DNA of 64,000 bases from a virus. The DNA lies in the IMG/VR virus record IMGVR_UViG_3300037466_003456, positions 32,001 to 96,000 of that record, one strand, 5' to 3'. The translations under genes and the position numbers were made by a program. The notes under the pieces were generated by a model, which saw nothing but the letters and a program-made list of their open reading frames with translations, had not been told where the DNA came from and ran no database searches. The stretch's first letter is position 1; each line of letters starts with the position of its first letter. This document shows, piece by piece, positions 60,334 through 64,000 of the stretch.

Positions 60334-60349
60334 CACTTTGCTTATAACA
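60334..60349 (-). promoter_or_regulatory. Early-type promoter motif
   Basis: TGTTATAAGCAAAGTG. Confidence 0.7.
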
Positions 60350-60393
60350 TGATTATTTACATAATTTGCGAATCAATAAAAAAAGAGACCAGC

Positions 60394-60582
60394 TTATTTG
60401 CTAGTCTCTTTGACTGGTAAAACTTCACTTACTGGTATTTCTTCACCTGTTCGTCTATCCACGATGTATAGGTGCGCACTCCCATAAGCACCACCTCTGG
60501 CCACGAAGGAAACCGCATATCTCTCTTCGATTTCCTCTAACTCATGGACAGCAAGCGCGGCTCGATATTTCATATCTTTCAC
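60394..60582 (-). CDS. Hypothetical protein (62 aa)
   Basis: GTGA overlap with the helicase stop. Confidence 0.55.
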   Translation of the reverse strand: MKDMKYRAALAVHELEEIEERYAVSFVARGGAYGSAHLYIVDRRTGEEIPVSEVLPVKETSK

Positions 60583-62651
60583 CCCTCTAGTTGTAACGAT
60601 TGGATATATGCTGCCACGTCTTCCCAGTTCTTTGTTGCCTTAATTTTAAAGTCGAATGAATTAAATATCCTGTTTTTGTAGCTTGCGGAGGATAGCCTTC
60701 CTTCATAGCAAGCAAAAATTCCTTTATCGGTTGCCGTTCGGTTCAGTCGTCCAGAACCTTGCTTCAGGCTGATAATCGCTTCTGGCAAACTAAACGTATA
60801 GAATCCTCTTGGCTCCGACATGAGGTAATCGTTAATTGGATCAGCAACCATCGGAAAAGGTAGTTTATCTATCAAGACAGCTGATAAGTTCTGACCTTGA
60901 ATATCAATACCCGTAAACAGAGATTTCGTTCCAAGAACAACTGTATCCGGATGTTTTTTTAAATGATCGATGATTTTCTGCTTCGGCCATTTCTCTTGTG
61001 AAATCACTTGAATGGATTTCGGCAATACTCGAGTAAAATAGGTTTCTGCTTCTAATAGGTTTTTCCTTGATGTGAACAAACACAACGTGCGACCGTGCAA
61101 AAGATTAATGACCTTTTCCATCTGCACCAGAACAAAGGGCAAATGTTCCTTATCGGTACCTGCAGGTGTGCCAGGCGGCAAATACCAAAGAAAATTATTC
61201 TCTAAATCAAATGGGGAGCTAACGATGATTTCCTTCACAGGAAAGCGTTCTTGGTCACTCTCAATGCCGAGATCCGACTTAATATGTTCAAACGACTGAT
61301 TGGCAGAAAGGGTAGCGGACATCACAATCGGAATATATCCTTCTTCTCTCTTTTCAAACAATCGTTTGGTGAGTGCTGCTCCTGTAGTTGGTTTGGCATG
61401 AAGACTAACCATATCGTTTAGCGGTTGGAGCCAAAACAAATCCGTTCCATCATCCTGGTTTTCTTCATAATGAAAGATATATTCCAACAGGTTTGCTTTT
61501 TGTTCCAGCAGTTCCATTAAACGATAGACAATGATAAACCACTCTACCGAATCATCCCCATACATTTCAGCAGTCGCATGGATACTTTCCATGGAAAAAC
61601 CAAACTTTCTTAGGTAGTTTTCTGCTACCCCCGCAGAGAAACGTAGCGCCTCGATATGGGCGGTTGCATACTTTTGGAGACGAGTACGCTCAGGCACCTC
61701 TATTTGCCAAAAATCACGGGTGTAGTGACCTCTCACGACCCTTTTATATTCATGTGTCAGACCGACAAACATATCCGTCAAAGTTCCGTTTACCTGGTCT
61801 AACTCCATATCTGTAAAAATATTTATTACAGTTTCTCCTACTTCTGAAAGTTCTGCTCTTTGCATGGCTTTGGCGAATTGGTCAAAGTGGTTTTTAAGGA
61901 TACTGATGCTGTATTTTCTCTCTTGAAAGTCTCGGGCGATCGTGCTGACCTCGTGCCCTTCGTCACATATAAGGACTCGCGCTTTTGGAGGCAGCATATT
62001 TACTTCATCCAAAGCAGAGAAGAAGTAGTGGTAATTACAGACGACTAATTTGGAAGTAGCCACTTTCTTTCTTTCTCGATAATAATGACAAGTGTCGTAA
62101 AACGGACATTGTTTTCCGGTACACTCATTATTATCCAAACAAGCGACCTTCCCCCATACAACGGCGCTTGGATTGAAGTCCATTTCGGATTTGTCACCTG
62201 TTTTGGTACTGACTGCCCACTTCATGACACTATCATACTCTTCCGCATAATCGGGAGAGGAGAATCCAACTTTTCCACTTAATGCATCATTCAGTTTTTT
62301 AGGACATAAATAATTGTTTCGCCCTTTGATAAGAACTGGCGTTGCTTGGAAATTATACAGTTTCTCTAGTGTCGGAATATCTTTATTAATATACTGTTCT
62401 TGAAGGATGATCGAGCTAGTGGCAACTATCACCGGTTCATCCGTTTTCATAATATGTTCGAAAGCTGGCACAAGGGCGGCTAAACTTTTGCCGACCCCTG
62501 TAGGAGCTTCTCCTAACAATGCTGACTCGTCTTTGATGGCTTCTTGTATCTTTTGAGACAGTTCCACTTGTTGAGGTCTCTCTTTGTAATTTGGAACAGC
62601 CTTCGCTAATAACCCCTGTTCACCGAACGTTTCGGTTACTAAATCCCTCAT
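60579..62651 (-). CDS. dinG: DinG/YoaA-family Fe-S cluster helicase
   Basis: Q-motif RPQQ, EAPTGVGKS, four Cys (YLCP, ACL, ECTGKQCPF, TCH), CDEGH, MSATL, QGSGRLNR. Confidence 0.92.
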   Translation of the reverse strand: MRDLVTETFGEQGLLAKAVPNYKERPQQVELSQKIQEAIKDESALLGEAPTGVGKSLAALVPAFEHIMKTDEPVIVATSSIILQEQYINKDIPTLEKLYNFQATPVLIKGRNNYLCPKKLNDALSGKVGFSSPDYAEEYDSVMKWAVSTKTGDKSEMDFNPSAVVWGKVACLDNNECTGKQCPFYDTCHYYRERKKVATSKLVVCNYHYFFSALDEVNMLPPKARVLICDEGHEVSTIARDFQERKYSISILKNHFDQFAKAMQRAELSEVGETVINIFTDMELDQVNGTLTDMFVGLTHEYKRVVRGHYTRDFWQIEVPERTRLQKYATAHIEALRFSAGVAENYLRKFGFSMESIHATAEMYGDDSVEWFIIVYRLMELLEQKANLLEYIFHYEENQDDGTDLFWLQPLNDMVSLHAKPTTGAALTKRLFEKREEGYIPIVMSATLSANQSFEHIKSDLGIESDQERFPVKEIIVSSPFDLENNFLWYLPPGTPAGTDKEHLPFVLVQMEKVINLLHGRTLCLFTSRKNLLEAETYFTRVLPKSIQVISQEKWPKQKIIDHLKKHPDTVVLGTKSLFTGIDIQGQNLSAVLIDKLPFPMVADPINDYLMSEPRGFYTFSLPEAIISLKQGSGRLNRTATDKGIFACYEGRLSSASYKNRIFNSFDFKIKATKNWEDVAAYIQSLQLEG

Positions 62652-62664
62652 TGTCAAGACCCCT

Positions 62665-62970
62665 TTATTCTTCGTTAACGAACGCTTCCGCCCAAATGCC
62701 TTCATCCTCTGTATAATTTAACTCGATAACGGTGACATTTGGATCGAACGAATGATATCGTTCAAGGAAACTTTGGATTCCTACTAAGATGTTCTCAGTC
62801 TCTAATTCTTTTTTATATTTAGATCTGTAAACTGCTATAGCCGAGAACTCGCCACCTATGTGGTAATTAATTTCTTTTACATCCACATATTCAGGGTCTC
62901 CGTCATATTGATCCGCTACGTATACACAGATGCCGTCAATTATTTCTTGTTCGTTCAATTCAAGTTTCAT
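62665..62970 (-). CDS. YxcD-like (DUF2653-like) protein
   Basis: LNEQEIIDGICVYVA...PEYVDV.EINY....FSA...GIWA resembles Bacillus YxcD as recalled. Confidence 0.6.
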   Translation of the reverse strand: MKLELNEQEIIDGICVYVADQYDGDPEYVDVKEINYHIGGEFSAIAVYRSKYKKELETENILVGIQSFLERYHSFDPNVTVIELNYTEDEGIWAEAFVNEE

Positions 62971-62972
62971 TA

Positions 62973-63608
62973 TTAAAATCTCCTCTTGTATACAACTTTT
63001 CTAGGTGAGCATGCTCGAATAATCGCAATCACAAGGACAATTAGAATGATTAACACAATCAAATCCACAATCCAGGCTAGCGGCGATGGTCCGTATGTAG
63101 TGTAATGACCTCCTACATAATAGATGTGACCCCATGGGTGCATCATGCTTCCCATAAACATACCTGTAGTGAAACCGTTGTAGTAACCGAACCATCCATA
63201 CGGTGAGTACCCCGCGTGATAATAATGGTTGACCGAAACAGAACGTCCGTTGTAATAAGCCTTCGTTGATCTGCTGGTGTAAGTCTTACCTTTAGTTTTT
63301 ACAGTAGATGTCTTACCTGAAAAACTCCCTTTAGTCTTGGTTGTTTTGGTAGAGGTTCTACCGGAAAAACTTTTGGATTTGGTTGTAGTTGGTTTCTTGG
63401 TCGTACTTGAAGATTTGGTGCTACTTGATTTACTTGAACTCGACTTTGAAATAGATATCTTTGGTGATGAACTTTTCACACTGAAACTAGAACGGGAAGA
63501 GTGTGAAGAAAAGGAAGAACGCCCTCCACTAAATCCTCTTGCCTCCGCTAAACTAGGTACAATTAAAGTAAAAGTTAACAATAAGGCGAATATCGCTTTT
63601 GATTTCAT
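62973..63608 (-). CDS. Signal-peptide-bearing Ser/Lys/Thr-rich membrane protein
   Basis: Signal peptide ending AEA-RG, S/K/T low-complexity region, Y/G-rich segment, C-terminal TM. Confidence 0.75.
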   Translation of the reverse strand: MKSKAIFALLLTFTLIVPSLAEARGFSGGRSSFSSHSSRSSFSVKSSSPKISISKSSSSKSSSTKSSSTTKKPTTTKSKSFSGRTSTKTTKTKGSFSGKTSTVKTKGKTYTSRSTKAYYNGRSVSVNHYYHAGYSPYGWFGYYNGFTTGMFMGSMMHPWGHIYYVGGHYTTYGPSPLAWIVDLIVLIILIVLVIAIIRACSPRKVVYKRRF

Positions 63609-63988
63609 TTTTCTACATCCTTTTGAATTTCTGTTGTAAGTAAATGATAAAAAACTGCTAATGAATCCGATTCATCCATGGTCATATTGGAAAAATCAAT
63701 TAACCTCGGATAATGGGCTTCAAAATAACTGCGCAATCTACAATGAATCTCCCACTTTGTATCAACTGCCATTTCGTCTGTTCCCTTTTTGAACAGGGTG
63801 AAATCTTTAATATCTCGTCGTATCTTTGCTCGAACTGTTGCCTCGTCGAAATCGTATATAGGGACTTTTCTTAAACCAGAATAGAAATACAAACCGCCGA
63901 TGATTTCCGCAAGAAGTTTTGTCGTTAAAATCCCATTAAACGATTTATTCTTTTCTACAGCTATGATGTTTGGCCTAATGGAATCCAA
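63605..63988 (-). CDS. Hypothetical protein (127 aa)
   Basis: ORF; ATGA overlap with the downstream gene. Confidence 0.6.
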   Translation of the reverse strand: MDSIRPNIIAVEKNKSFNGILTTKLLAEIIGGLYFYSGLRKVPIYDFDEATVRAKIRRDIKDFTLFKKGTDEMAVDTKWEIHCRLRSYFEAHYPRLIDFSNMTMDESDSLAVFYHLLTTEIQKDVEK

Positions 63989-64000
63989 ATAGAATCCTAC

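Noticed and set aside
63240-63520. S/K/T-rich repeats as a separate element
   Set aside because: Low-complexity coding region of the 62973 gene; the antisense ORF 63337..63639 is its shadow.
459-63639. Short antisense or nested ORFs in the six-frame track (e.g. 5610..5795, 12894..13295, 45509..46027, 59876..60076)
   Set aside because: They overlap well-supported genes or structural elements, lack SD signals, and show shadow-ORF composition.
1-64000. Stop-codon recoding, tRNA or rRNA genes
   Set aside because: Standard code 11 gives long, dense, motif-complete ORFs, and no cloverleaf or rRNA signature was found by eye.

Overview
This window looks like part of a large (jumbo-type) tailed phage, possibly a phage-plasmid, of a Bacillus-like Firmicute. 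It is AT-rich, uses GGAGG/GGAGGTG ribosome-binding sites, and has no host housekeeping operons, rRNA, tRNA or CRISPR array. The left end (1-2614, +) is the 3' part of a beta-helix tailspike gene. The regions 2.7-33.5 kb and 60-64 kb are almost all minus-strand early/replication genes: a tyrosine recombinase with a candidate core site, SF2 and DinG helicases, a primase-ATPase fusion, a split SbcC with SbcD, DnaJ, and many small promoter-gene-terminator cassettes. The region 33.6-59.8 kb is a plus-strand morphogenesis/late block: sigma factor, PhoH, large terminase, portal, a stand-alone WYL protein, several K-x-A-motif proteins with Gly-rich hydrophobic segments, and a 2241-aa fused beta/beta-prime RNA polymerase. 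Four things stand out. (1) A tandem, translationally coupled array of 12 paralogous small genes (17975-22640) with conserved N- and C-terminal blocks, ending N-x-P-V-G-x-V-W, around a variable core. (2) A recurring K-x-A motif (LERLEKTA) that may mark protease cleavage of virion polyproteins into membrane-active modules. (3) An apparently self-contained transcription system: fused RNAP, sigma factor and two candidate phage promoter classes (TGTTATAAG-N4-GTG and TAGGACT-N9-STAYA). (4) Two candidate -1 frameshifts. All function calls come from motif recognition by eye; no database search was run.
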